Shown here: piece by piece, positions 7,138 through 16,171 of the stretch
How positions within the stretch are numbered: the stretch's first letter is position 1
How the letters are laid out: every line of letters begins with the position of its first letter
Assembly: GCA_023380755.1 (NCBI GenBank)
Contig: JAMCSD010000006.1
Coordinates: 39,841-103,840, forward strand
Reading direction: 5' to 3'
Length of the DNA stretch: 64,000 bases
Source: Patescibacteria group bacterium
GTDB taxonomy: Bacteria > Patescibacteriota > Microgenomatia > UBA12405
Program-made: the position numbers and the translations under genes
The notes under the pieces: model-generated
What the model was told of the DNA's origin: nothing
Databases searched by the model: none
The model's input: only the letters and a program-made list of their open reading frames with translations

Positions 7138-9465
7138 TTAGAGCTTAGCTCGTCGGGCAATTTCTGCCTCCACAATCGCCTTCGGCCGCCCGTATTTTAA
7201 TCCGGATAATTTCTTAATCATGGCCGCCAGTTCTGGGTTGCCCGGTTTTTTCTTTTCGGCCGCCGCCACCCGCAGCGAAAAGGGGTCTTTGGGGATGCCG
7301 TGGACCATCGTTTTCATGTACACTTCGCCGGTCCCGAGGTTCAAAAGATCGTGTTCACTAAATGTCGGTTTATATTGGTTGACCAAGAAATTGGCATCCG
7401 AAATACCCACCCGGAAGCTGCAGATTGTTCCCACGTTGCCAAACACCGCGTTCTTCACCTCGTCATCCATTTGGGAAATAAATTGGTTGGCCACACACAG
7501 GTTCAGGTGGTATTTCCGGGCCTCGCTCATGATCACGGCAAAGTCTTGGGTGGCAAAATTTTGGAATTCGTCCACGTACAGGTAAAAATCTTTCCGCTTT
7601 TCCTCGGGGACATCCTGCCGGCTCATGGCGGCAATCAGTATTTTGGGAATCAGCACCAATCCCAAAAATGACGAATTTTCCTCCCCAATCGTCCCTTTGG
7701 CTAGGTTGATAATCAGGATTTTCCCCTCATCCATTGCCTGCCGGAAATTAAATGATGACGTCGACTGGCCGATGATGTTGCGCATCATCGTGTTGGTAAT
7801 AAACCGCCCGAATTTGGAAACGATATAGTCCAGCACTTCCGATTTGTGGAAATCATTAGTTTGGGCAATCTGGTCTGTCCAGTAGCGCCGCACCATCGGG
7901 TCCGTCACCTTGGGCAATAACATTTGCACGTAAGATGGGTCAGTTAAACAGCGCACGATTTCGATAAATGTTGCTCCCGGCTCCGTCATTACGGTGAGCA
8001 TAATATTGCGGATGGCGTGTTCAAACCTGGGGCCCACGATTCCGGTTTTATACGGATCGTACAACTTGTACATCAAGTTGATAATCGAAGAGGTGACAAA
8101 ATCCTTTTGTTCTTCCCGTTCGCACTCCATCACGTTAAAGCCCATCGGCCGGTCGGTCATGCTCGGGTCAAAATAAATCACATCTTCGACTCTTTCCGGG
8201 GGAATCCGCTCCAAAATACTTTCAAAGGTGTCGTGCGGGTCCACAAAACAGACCCCCCGCCCGGCCTTAATGTCCTGCAGGGCCATATCGGCCAACAGCC
8301 ACGATTTACCCACGCCGGTTTGCCCGATAATGTAAAAATGCCGCTGCCGGTCCGACTGTGTCAGGCAGAATTTCTTGGTCACTCCCCGGTATAAATTATC
8401 CCCAATATACAACCCTTCTTGCGGGCTGTCCACCGGCTCCGGGGCTTTTTTCGATTTCAGCCAATAAATTGTTGGCGTTTCTACCGTTTTGTTGGGGATG
8501 TGGAAAATTGAGGCAATTTCGTCGGTCGCTAACACTGATTTTTGCCGCGTCCACACTAAAGGGTATTTGTAGACAAAATCATCCATAAATAAGGACTTAA
8601 TCCTCACCTTATGGTTCGACAACTTGTTCCAGGGTGATTCAAATTGGCCGAAAGCCGTCTTCACGTTGCCGATGTGCATCTTGGCTATTTCCGCCGTCGG
8701 TGCGCAGGCGACCACCCGGACCGTCGTCTCGAATCCCGGCTTGCCGCATTTATTTTCGATCGCTTCCAGCTGTCGGGCATCCACTTTGTAAGAGGCTTTT
8801 TCCGGGTTGGCTTCCGATTTCTTAGTCGCCGAGATAAACCCTTTACCGCTTTTGGCCCAACTGCCGTCGGTGGGGGAGAGGATCAGCTGGATGGTAATTG
8901 ATTCCCCGTCACCCAACTTTGACATCGTCGAGGTGATCGCCGACAGCGGGTCGGTGGGGATTTCTTTATAAGTTTTAATGGGGTAAAATGACGTCTTTTT
9001 TAGTCTTAAGCAGGTAAATTCTATCCTGCCTTCCTCGTAAAACATGCAGGGCTCATCCACCACCTGCACGTCCGCCCCGGTGTACACACTGTAAATTTGT
9101 TTCTCAATCATGTCCTGGTACTTCTTCGGGCAGGAAATATAAAAGCGGATATCCTCTTTGGTGCCCATAATTTCCAGCGACAGGCTGGGTTGGGCCACTG
9201 TCCCTTGCAGGAACTTAAACCGGGCGCTTTTATATAAGCTCCCAAAAGAGGCAATAATTGATTCCATAGCATCTATTTTGACCTCGTTATCTTGGGGTAC
9301 CGCCACCGCTAATGTCACCAATTCCAATGATTTTTCTTCCCGGTCGCGCCAACGGTACCACAAGAGCAGGCCATAGCCGAGGATGCCCAAAATTATCCCC
9401 ACGATTACCAAAAGGACTATTAAGACCACCAAATTTATTGCCTGTGCCAATAATGTCTCAAACAT
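7138..9465 (-). CDS. membrane-anchored P-loop ATPase, type IV secretion coupling-protein-like (VirD4/TraD/TraG or HerA-DUF87 class)
   Basis: 775 aa; N-terminal TM helices; Walker A GQTGVGKS; Walker B-like FYLYVDEFQNF. This architecture is as in T4SS coupling/DNA-translocating ATPases. Confidence 0.65.
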   Translation of the reverse strand: MFETLLAQAINLVVLIVLLVIVGIILGILGYGLLLWYRWRDREEKSLELVTLAVAVPQDNEVKIDAMESIIASFGSLYKSARFKFLQGTVAQPSLSLEIMGTKEDIRFYISCPKKYQDMIEKQIYSVYTGADVQVVDEPCMFYEEGRIEFTCLRLKKTSFYPIKTYKEIPTDPLSAITSTMSKLGDGESITIQLILSPTDGSWAKSGKGFISATKKSEANPEKASYKVDARQLEAIENKCGKPGFETTVRVVACAPTAEIAKMHIGNVKTAFGQFESPWNKLSNHKVRIKSLFMDDFVYKYPLVWTRQKSVLATDEIASIFHIPNKTVETPTIYWLKSKKAPEPVDSPQEGLYIGDNLYRGVTKKFCLTQSDRQRHFYIIGQTGVGKSWLLADMALQDIKAGRGVCFVDPHDTFESILERIPPERVEDVIYFDPSMTDRPMGFNVMECEREEQKDFVTSSIINLMYKLYDPYKTGIVGPRFEHAIRNIMLTVMTEPGATFIEIVRCLTDPSYVQMLLPKVTDPMVRRYWTDQIAQTNDFHKSEVLDYIVSKFGRFITNTMMRNIIGQSTSSFNFRQAMDEGKILIINLAKGTIGEENSSFLGLVLIPKILIAAMSRQDVPEEKRKDFYLYVDEFQNFATQDFAVIMSEARKYHLNLCVANQFISQMDDEVKNAVFGNVGTICSFRVGISDANFLVNQYKPTFSEHDLLNLGTGEVYMKTMVHGIPKDPFSLRVAAAEKKKPGNPELAAMIKKLSGLKYGRPKAIVEAEIARRAKL

Positions 9466-9814
9466 TTTCTTCCTTAAACTCCACGGTGCCTTTCTTCATT
9501 TTAATTACCCGAAACCAAAAAACGGAAAACCATCGGCCAGCATCACTGATTGCTTTTTTAAACCCGGCACCAAAGGTTTTTCGGGTACTAGGTATGACAA
9601 TTTTTGGATTTTGCGGGGCCGCTGGCTTTAGGACTTGTTGGGCTGGGCTGGCGCTTTGCGGTTGTTTGACTTCCTCCCGCCTAAGTTCCATCCAGCGCTT
9701 CACTTCCGGCGGCATTTCCATTTCTCCCGGCGATTTCTGAATCTCGGTTAATACCGCCCCCTTATTTTGCTCGACTTCTCGCTCTGGCCTACCTCTTTCG
9801 ATGTGTTCTGCCAT
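9458..9814 (-). CDS. hypothetical protein, first gene of the ATPase operon
   Basis: 118 aa; 8-nt overlap with the ATPase start; no motif recognised. Confidence 0.5.
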   Translation of the reverse strand: MAEHIERGRPEREVEQNKGAVLTEIQKSPGEMEMPPEVKRWMELRREEVKQPQSASPAQQVLKPAAPQNPKIVIPSTRKTFGAGFKKAISDAGRWFSVFWFRVIKMKKGTVEFKEENV

Positions 9815-9876
9815 ACTTTAAAAAAGTATATGCTATTCCGCTTTAACTAGCCAGTAGTAGACCTTATAATACGCTA

Positions 9877-10938
9877 ATGGATTTTCAAGAAGTCTTAGGC
9901 CAAAACAAAAAAAAGGTTTACCGTGAAATCCAAAAATATTTGGCTGATTTTGGCACCTTCCCTGACTTTTGTCAAATTGCCCCCAGGTTCCAACCATTGC
10001 TCGATTTTCATAATCAATTGGTCAATGACTATCCTCACCGTCAGGGCAAGTATTTGCGCCCGACCTTGTTGCTTCTGACCGCCCAAAGCTTGGGTGTTCC
10101 TTATCGCCTGGCTCTAAAAACTGCTGCCGCCATGCAGATTTCCGAGGACTGGATCTTAAACCACGATGATGTTGAGGATGACTCTCTTTACCGCCGCGGT
10201 TTGCCCGCCCTCCACCGCCTTTATTCCAAGGAATTAGCCTTTAATGCCGGTGACGCCCTCCATGTTTTAATGTGGCACATTTTGCGCGATAACAAGCGCC
10301 TCTTGGGTCCCGCCAAGACTTTGGCCGTCATCGACGAGTTTACCACCATGCTCCAGCGCACCATTTTTGGCCAAACCGTCGAAATCAAATGGTTCCAGGA
10401 AAATAATCTCCACCTGACCGACGAGGATATCTTTTTTATTTCTGAAAGCAAGACCGGTTACTACACTATTGCCGGCCCCATGCGCTTGGGGGCGATTTTA
10501 GCTGATGCCTCAAAATCCCAGCTGTCCGATCTTTATCATTTCGGCCTACTTTTGGGCTCCGCCTTTCAGATTAAGGATGATCTTTTGGATCTCACCTCCA
10601 CTTTTGGCGGTTTAAAGAATCAGCAGGGGAATGATATTTATGAGGGCAAACGGACCTTGATGCTCGCCCATCTTTTACGCTCGGTTTCCCCCGCCGATCA
10701 CGCCCGGTTAACCGCCATACTTTCCCGCCCCCGTTCGCAAAAAACCCAAGCCGAAGTCGACTGGGTGATTGCCAAAATGCAGGCCGTGGGCAGCCTGGAT
10801 TATGCCGCTTCGTTGGCCGCCGATTTAGCCGCCCGTTCCCGGGAGCTTTTTGAGACTAAATTAACCTTTCTTAAACGCCAGCCCTATCGGAATCAGCTTC
10901 AATCTGCCATAGAATTTATCGTTAACCGGACTCACTGA
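9877..10938 (+). CDS. polyprenyl (geranylgeranyl-type) diphosphate synthase
   Basis: First Asp-rich motif NHDDVEDDSLYRRG and second motif QIKDDLLD. Confidence 0.85.
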   Translation: MDFQEVLGQNKKKVYREIQKYLADFGTFPDFCQIAPRFQPLLDFHNQLVNDYPHRQGKYLRPTLLLLTAQSLGVPYRLALKTAAAMQISEDWILNHDDVEDDSLYRRGLPALHRLYSKELAFNAGDALHVLMWHILRDNKRLLGPAKTLAVIDEFTTMLQRTIFGQTVEIKWFQENNLHLTDEDIFFISESKTGYYTIAGPMRLGAILADASKSQLSDLYHFGLLLGSAFQIKDDLLDLTSTFGGLKNQQGNDIYEGKRTLMLAHLLRSVSPADHARLTAILSRPRSQKTQAEVDWVIAKMQAVGSLDYAASLAADLAARSRELFETKLTFLKRQPYRNQLQSAIEFIVNRTH

Positions 10939-10942
10939 TCCG

Positions 10943-11404
10943 CTATCTTTTATAAATCCCCAAATACCTTAAGGCCTTTTTCACCGCTCTTTTCGCCGGA
11001 TCATACAAGTCGTCAATGTCCCCCACCTCCAAATTACCCCGCCCAGAACCGACTACTCCCTGGAAATCTTCTTCTTTGTTGCTAATCAATATTCCTTTTA
11101 TATACACTCTGGCCACCACTAACTCCGCCACGACTTCCGGTTTTCTTCCCGATTGGTTAATCTCTTTTACCACTCTGGTCATTTCTTTCATCATCACGGC
11201 CATTATTTCGGGTGCTTTTTCCATCCGCACCACCGGCGTTTCCATTCCTGCTTCATGGGAAAAAGCCATGTTGTCTAATTGTTGTGCCAGGCTCACCATC
11301 CGGATCCCGGCCTCGCTGACTCCCAGTGACTTAAGCAGCTCCGCCACTTTCTGTCTTCGGGCAATCCACCAACTTGTCTCGTATGCTTCCAATAATTCGC
11401 TCAT
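10943..11404 (-). CDS. hypothetical protein
   Basis: 153-aa ORF; the overlapping + strand ORF (11016..11408) is judged antisense noise. Confidence 0.45.
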   Translation of the reverse strand: MSELLEAYETSWWIARRQKVAELLKSLGVSEAGIRMVSLAQQLDNMAFSHEAGMETPVVRMEKAPEIMAVMMKEMTRVVKEINQSGRKPEVVAELVVARVYIKGILISNKEEDFQGVVGSGRGNLEVGDIDDLYDPAKRAVKKALRYLGIYKR

Positions 11405-11548
11405 ATAAAATTATACCAACCCTGGCCTCTGTTTAAATTGATATCCGATGTTTATCTGCAGGTTTCCGGGGTTCTGCCTCTGTTAAGATTATTGGAATTA
11501 TCAGGAATTCCGCGGTAAACACTCTTGGTGTTATTGTTATAATTAATT

Positions 11549-13372
11549 GTGGATAACCAAGTCGAAGAGATCAAGCGCAAGCTGGATATCGTCAATGTCA
11601 TCGGCCGCTACATTCCTCTCAAAAAGAAGGGGCGGCACTACACCGCCAATTGCCCTTTCCACGGCGAAAAAACCCCTTCTTTCATGGTTTCTCCGGAGCT
11701 GCAGATTTATAAGTGTTTTGGCTGCGGCAAGGGTGGCGATATCTTTACCTTTGTTCAGGAGTTTGAAAAGGTTGATTTTAAAGAAGCCCTCGAAGAGTTG
11801 GCCAAACTGGCCGGCATTACCCTAGTCCGTAATGACGCCCTCACCGCCTCGGAAGCCCACCGCAAAAAACTCTTGGAAATTAATGCCGAAGTCTGCCGTT
11901 TTTACCACTACATCTTAACCAAACACCCCCTCGGCCAACCTGCCCTCAAATACCTCACCGACCGGGGGATTACCTCCGAAATTATTACCAAATTCAAAAT
12001 CGGTTTTGCCCCCCGCGACTCCCAGGTCATTTCCGCCTACCTCCTTTCTCAAAAAAAATTTGTTCTCCGCGACCTCGTCGATACCGGCACCTTTGGCGCC
12101 AACCGCTACGGCCGCCCCGGTGTTTATGACCGCTTTTCCGGGCGCCTGACCTTTCCTTTAATGGATTATCGGGACCGCATTTTGGGCTTTTCCGGCCGGA
12201 TACTTCCACCAGAATTCCAACCAGGCAAAGCCCCGTTTGACGGGGCCAAATATATTAATTCGCCCGAAACCGAGCTCTATCACAAAAGCCACCTTCTCTT
12301 TGGCCTTAATTTTGCCAAGGATGCCATCCGCACTCAGGGCTACGTCATTATTGTCGAAGGGGAGTTTGACATGATCTCTCCCTTTGCTGCCGGTGTCACC
12401 AACATTGTCGCCATTAAGGGCACCGCCTTTACCACCGAACAGCTCGAGCTCTTGCGCCGTTACACCGATACCTTAGTCTTGGGCCTCGATTCCGATTTTG
12501 CCGGCAACTCGGCGGCCCGCCGCAGTATCGAATTAGCCGATTCCATGGGCTTTGATCTTAAAGTCTTATCTTTGGCCCCCCGCTTTAAAGACCCCGATGA
12601 GGCCGTCCATGGCGACCTTCCCTTCTTTAAAAAACAACTGGAAAACCCCTTGCCCATTTGGGACTTCCTGATTAACTCGGCGGTGGCCGCCAATGACCCG
12701 AGCACTATTAAAGGCAAAAAATTAATTCTGGCCACCGTCTTGCCCTTCCTTACTAAAATTTCCAATTCCGTCATCCGTGCCGACTACATCCGCAAACTCT
12801 CTCTGGAAATTGGCAGCTCTCCGGAATCTGTTACCCAGGAACTGGGCAAATATTCTGCCGCCCCCGCCGCCAAGCTCTCCATCCCCGTGATCACCGCTCC
12901 GGTCAAGCCCGCCGCCGTGCCTACCAAAAAGCTCCGCCTCATCCAATATTTGCTCTGCCTCATCCTTTCTTCCAAAAATCCCCCGGTCGTCGCCGCCAAA
13001 GTCCTGGCCACCCTTCCCGACCTCTTTAAAGAAGTCCCCCTCTATCAAAAAATCATTGATCTTTTAACCAAAGAGCCTTTTGATGGGATCGAAAATTTTC
13101 ATCGTTCCCTCCCTGCCGAAATCCAGCCAACCTTCCAGGCCGCCTATCTTAAGGGTTTATCTTACAATTTCACTTCCGAAAACCGCCGCCGGGAAATCAA
13201 GACCACCGTTTCTTCCATCCGCATTTTTGATCTTAAAAATCAGCTCAAAAACCAAAGCCAGCAAATCGCCCTTTTGGAAAGCCGCGGTGATGAGGCTCTT
13301 TTATCTGTCGCCGAAAAGGACTATAATAAAACCCTACACCAGCTCTTAGAGCTGGAATCAGCCCGTACCTAG
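11549..13372 (+). CDS. dnaG: DNA primase
   Basis: CHC2 zinc finger [26 protein letters not shown] and TOPRIM motif [12 protein letters not shown]; GTG start. Confidence 0.9.
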   Translation: MDNQVEEIKRKLDIVNVIGRYIPLKKKGRHYTANCPFHGEKTPSFMVSPELQIYKCFGCGKGGDIFTFVQEFEKVDFKEALEELAKLAGITLVRNDALTASEAHRKKLLEINAEVCRFYHYILTKHPLGQPALKYLTDRGITSEIITKFKIGFAPRDSQVISAYLLSQKKFVLRDLVDTGTFGANRYGRPGVYDRFSGRLTFPLMDYRDRILGFSGRILPPEFQPGKAPFDGAKYINSPETELYHKSHLLFGLNFAKDAIRTQGYVIIVEGEFDMISPFAAGVTNIVAIKGTAFTTEQLELLRRYTDTLVLGLDSDFAGNSAARRSIELADSMGFDLKVLSLAPRFKDPDEAVHGDLPFFKKQLENPLPIWDFLINSAVAANDPSTIKGKKLILATVLPFLTKISNSVIRADYIRKLSLEIGSSPESVTQELGKYSAAPAAKLSIPVITAPVKPAAVPTKKLRLIQYLLCLILSSKNPPVVAAKVLATLPDLFKEVPLYQKIIDLLTKEPFDGIENFHRSLPAEIQPTFQAAYLKGLSYNFTSENRRREIKTTVSSIRIFDLKNQLKNQSQQIALLESRGDEALLSVAEKDYNKTLHQLLELESART

Positions 13373-13404
13373 CCAAATTTGCCACATTCATATACAATAT
13401 AACA

Positions 13405-14484
13405 ATGCCAATCAAGGTAGATTTCGGAAAAATCCGGCAGCGTCTGGTTACCGTTGCCAAGAAGCAGCATTACTTGACCTTTGATGAAGTCCTCGAGCTG
13501 ATCCCTAATCCAGAAAAATACATCGATGAAATTGACCATTTATTCGATGTCCTTTTCGAAAAGGGAATTGATGTTTTTGACAAAATTACTATTGGTGAGT
13601 CCACTCTCGAAGAAGGCGCCCAGCCCTCGGATTTAGTCGCCCTTTTAAGCCAAAAAGGCAGTATCGATTCTGTCCGGATGTACTTAAAGGAAATTGGGAA
13701 GATCGATCTTTTAACCTTCGACCAGGAAGTCAAGCTCGCCAAAGAAATTGAAAAAGGCTCCGGGGCCGCTCGCGAAGCCCTCATTAATGCCAACTTGCGT
13801 TTAGTCGTGTCTATTGCCAAAAAATATATTGGCCGTGGGCTGACTTTCCTCGACCTTGTTCAGGAGGGGAATCAGGGTTTAATGCGCGCTGTCGAAAAGT
13901 TTGATTGGAAACGCGGCTTTAAATTTTCCACTTATGCCACTTGGTGGATCCGCCAAGCTATTACCCGGGCCATTGCCGATCAGGCCAAGACCATCCGTAT
14001 TCCCGTTCACATGGTGGAAACCATCAACAAGGTTTACAAAGCCACCCGCGCCCTCACTCAAAGGTTAGGCCGCGAGCCCGAAACTCAGGAAATTGCCAAA
14101 GAAGTCGGCATTAGTGTCGATAAGGTCGAAGAAATCTACCGTATTTCCCAAGATACTACTTCCTTGGCCACTCCGGTCGGTGACGATGAAGACTCATTCC
14201 TGGGTGATTTTATTGAAGATACTACCCAGCTCTCGCCTTACGAAGAAACCTCCCGCGAGCTTTTACGGGAATCGATTGAAGAAGTCCTTTCTTCTCTGGA
14301 TGAGCGCGAAGCCAAAGTCCTTTCCCTTCGTTTCGGCCTGATGGGGGAGACCCCCAAAACTCTCGAGGAAGTCGGCAAAATCTTTAACGTTACCCGCGAA
14401 CGCATCCGCCAAATCGAGGCCAAAGCACTTAGAAAATTAAGACATCCGTCGAGAAGGAAAAAGCTCCAAGATTATTTGGAATAG
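13405..14484 (+). CDS. rpoD: RNA polymerase primary sigma factor (sigma-70 family)
   Basis: Region 2 ([14 protein letters not shown]), region 3 and region 4.2 ([29 protein letters not shown]). Confidence 0.9.
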   Translation: MPIKVDFGKIRQRLVTVAKKQHYLTFDEVLELIPNPEKYIDEIDHLFDVLFEKGIDVFDKITIGESTLEEGAQPSDLVALLSQKGSIDSVRMYLKEIGKIDLLTFDQEVKLAKEIEKGSGAAREALINANLRLVVSIAKKYIGRGLTFLDLVQEGNQGLMRAVEKFDWKRGFKFSTYATWWIRQAITRAIADQAKTIRIPVHMVETINKVYKATRALTQRLGREPETQEIAKEVGISVDKVEEIYRISQDTTSLATPVGDDEDSFLGDFIEDTTQLSPYEETSRELLRESIEEVLSSLDEREAKVLSLRFGLMGETPKTLEEVGKIFNVTRERIRQIEAKALRKLRHPSRRKKLQDYLE

Positions 14485-15066
14485 CTACTTCTTTTTTCGG
14501 CCATATTCCGTCATCGAGTGTTCCCAGTATTGTTTGCCCCGCCCTTCAATTTTTACCCCGCCTTTCCGAATATTTCTGGTATCCAAAACCCGCGACGAAG
14601 CAAATGATTTATCGGGATTAACCCCATGCTTTTTAAGACGCTCCTCATTATGCTGCAATAACGCTCGCGCATCGCCCACCACCCGGACCACTTCGGCCGC
14701 CTTGCAGCGCAATTCTTGGAATTCCGGTTCCCACCTTACCCCGCCCAGCGGCTCCACTTCGTACGAGTACCATTTACCTTCCCATTCCTTTTTAAACCTG
14801 CCTATTTCCGAGAGGTATCCTTTTGTAAATTCATCCGGCAGCACCCGTTCCCGGCTGATGGTTTGGTGGGGTGCCGGGCTGTCGGCGAGTGACACCTCCG
14901 TGTCTCCCGGCCCCGGCCGGACCACCTCGCCCACTTTAAATTTATGTGGTGACACGTGGTAAAAATGGGTCGGTTCGTTTTCTTCCTGGCGCTTATTAAC
15001 CTTTTCCGTCCGCCCCTGGTTGCTGACGATAAAGCTCATTTCCGCAGCGCTGTCTCTGTTGGCCAT
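14485..15066 (-). CDS. putative Arr-like (rifampin ADP-ribosyltransferase family) protein
   Basis: HFYHVSPHKFKVGEVVRPG resembles the Arr FYHGTKA.L.iGDLL.pG motif. YSYEVEPLG...LRCKAAEVVRVVGD resembles Arr YIYIVEPTG...YRTCEPLRIVGVV. The comparison is to the remembered M. smegmatis Arr sequence only. Confidence 0.4.
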   Translation of the reverse strand: MANRDSAAEMSFIVSNQGRTEKVNKRQEENEPTHFYHVSPHKFKVGEVVRPGPGDTEVSLADSPAPHQTISRERVLPDEFTKGYLSEIGRFKKEWEGKWYSYEVEPLGGVRWEPEFQELRCKAAEVVRVVGDARALLQHNEERLKKHGVNPDKSFASSRVLDTRNIRKGGVKIEGRGKQYWEHSMTEYGRKKK

Positions 15067-15085
15067 CTTTACCTACTATACCATC

Positions 15086-15565
15086 TTATTTCAGGTGTTT
15101 TGTCTCGTTGACTACGACCTTTTTCGCTTCTTTTTTGCTGATGTCAAAAATGGTCACCGACGCTTCGTCAATCACCGCTTCTTCTTTGGTCAAATAGTAC
15201 ACAAACATCCGGATCACTAAGTTGTGGCTGATGACCACCACCGTATCCTCCTCCCCGTGTTCTAAGTATAGGTCCTCCACAAATCGGGACACCCGCTGGT
15301 TAAGTTCGCTGTATTCTTCGCTTTTGGTCTTAAGGGCGATTAGCCGCGAAAACCGGATGTCCAAGTCATCTTCCCGGTTTTTAATAATTTCCGTCAGTGT
15401 TTGTTCGCATCTGCCCACCGTCGAGCAATAAACGGCGGTAATCTTTTGGTCCGCCAAAAAATTCCCCACCTTTTGGGCCTGCACTTTGCCTTTTTCGGTC
15501 AGTAAGCCGTTTAAATCCTTTTCTCCGTGGCGGACTAGTATTAATTTCATGGGATATTGTATCAA
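15086..15565 (-). CDS. histidine phosphatase (phosphoglycerate-mutase-like) family protein
   Basis: LILVRHGEK (RHG catalytic motif) and a later ISH segment. Confidence 0.75.
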   Translation of the reverse strand: MIQYPMKLILVRHGEKDLNGLLTEKGKVQAQKVGNFLADQKITAVYCSTVGRCEQTLTEIIKNREDDLDIRFSRLIALKTKSEEYSELNQRVSRFVEDLYLEHGEEDTVVVISHNLVIRMFVYYLTKEEAVIDEASVTIFDISKKEAKKVVVNETKHLK

Positions 15566-15638
15566 ATCACTCTTTTTTTGCCTTGTTGAATTCTAAACTT
15601 CGGCCCTTTGGCCAAAATTTGAAATTTAGGCCTGGTTT

Positions 15639-15857
15639 ATGTTAGCATATCCTGTGAAAGCTTCGGGACAAATCATTGTTCTCCTGTTAATCTTTGCCGC
15701 TTTTCTTTTGTTTGAAGGTTATTTTGTCCTTTCCCAAAATCGCGCCAAAGAGATTTCCAACACCGAAAACCTGGTTACTCCCACCCCTCTTCCCACCGAA
15801 ATTCCCACCCCCACTCTCGTTCCCAGCGCCACCCCCTCGGCTGCTTTAAGCCGTTAA
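15639..15857 (+). CDS. small membrane protein with a Pro/Thr-rich tail
   Basis: 72-aa ORF with one clear TM helix. Confidence 0.35.
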   Translation: MLAYPVKASGQIIVLLLIFAAFLLFEGYFVLSQNRAKEISNTENLVTPTPLPTEIPTPTLVPSATPSAALSR

Positions 15858-15917
15858 ATCATCGGCCAAATTTGCTATAATCAACCCGCCTGCTAGCTCC
15901 TTATAAATTTGGTTTAA

Positions 15918-16106
15918 GTTATCGCCACCCTTTTGGCTCACTTAAAAAGTGGCTCAAGGAGCATAACGATCCTACGAATAATTGTCATCGGCTGGGAACT
16001 GATATATTCCGAGTCCCTCCCCACTAGATCATCTGCGTTGATAAGGGAGAAACAGCTAAAAAGTTATCAAGGTCGATTATTCGTCAAAACACACATTCCC
16101 CTGTAG
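15918..16106 (+). pseudogene. GIY-YIG nuclease family gene remnant (C-terminal half only) reading into the tRNA-Asn 5' end
   Basis: Hand translation of the frame with codons at 15918, 15921, ... gives ..GWELIYSESLPTRSSALIREKQLKSYQGRLFVKTHIPL*. This matches the C-terminal consensus of small GIY-YIG proteins (PWkLvYsE.f.trseAl.REKQlK...gr). There is no N-terminal GIY/YIG part, and a stop lies upstream at 15915. Confidence 0.5.
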
Positions 16107-16171
16107 CTCAATGGTAGAGTGCCCGCCTGTTAAGCGGTTGGTTCGTGGTTCGAATCCACGCGGGGGAGCCA
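16097..16171 (+). tRNA. tRNA-Asn (GUU), CCA encoded
   Basis: TCCCCTG TA GCTC AATGGTA GAGT G CCCGC CTGTTAA GCGGT TGGTT CGTGG TTCGAAT CCACG CGGGGGA G CCA; close to the remembered E. coli tRNA-Asn layout. Confidence 0.9.

Noticed and set aside
7220-9740. Many + strand ORFs (for example 7220..7585, 7300..7671, 8017..8394, 9312..9740) inside the 775-aa ATPase gene. Similar antisense ORFs occur inside dnaG, rpoD, hsdR/hsdM, the P-type ATPase, relA/spoT, the vWA and kinase genes, and the 1254-aa surface protein.
   Set aside because: They lie fully antisense or out of frame within long ORFs that carry clear family motifs. They have low-complexity or Arg/Pro/Ser-rich translations typical of shadow frames.
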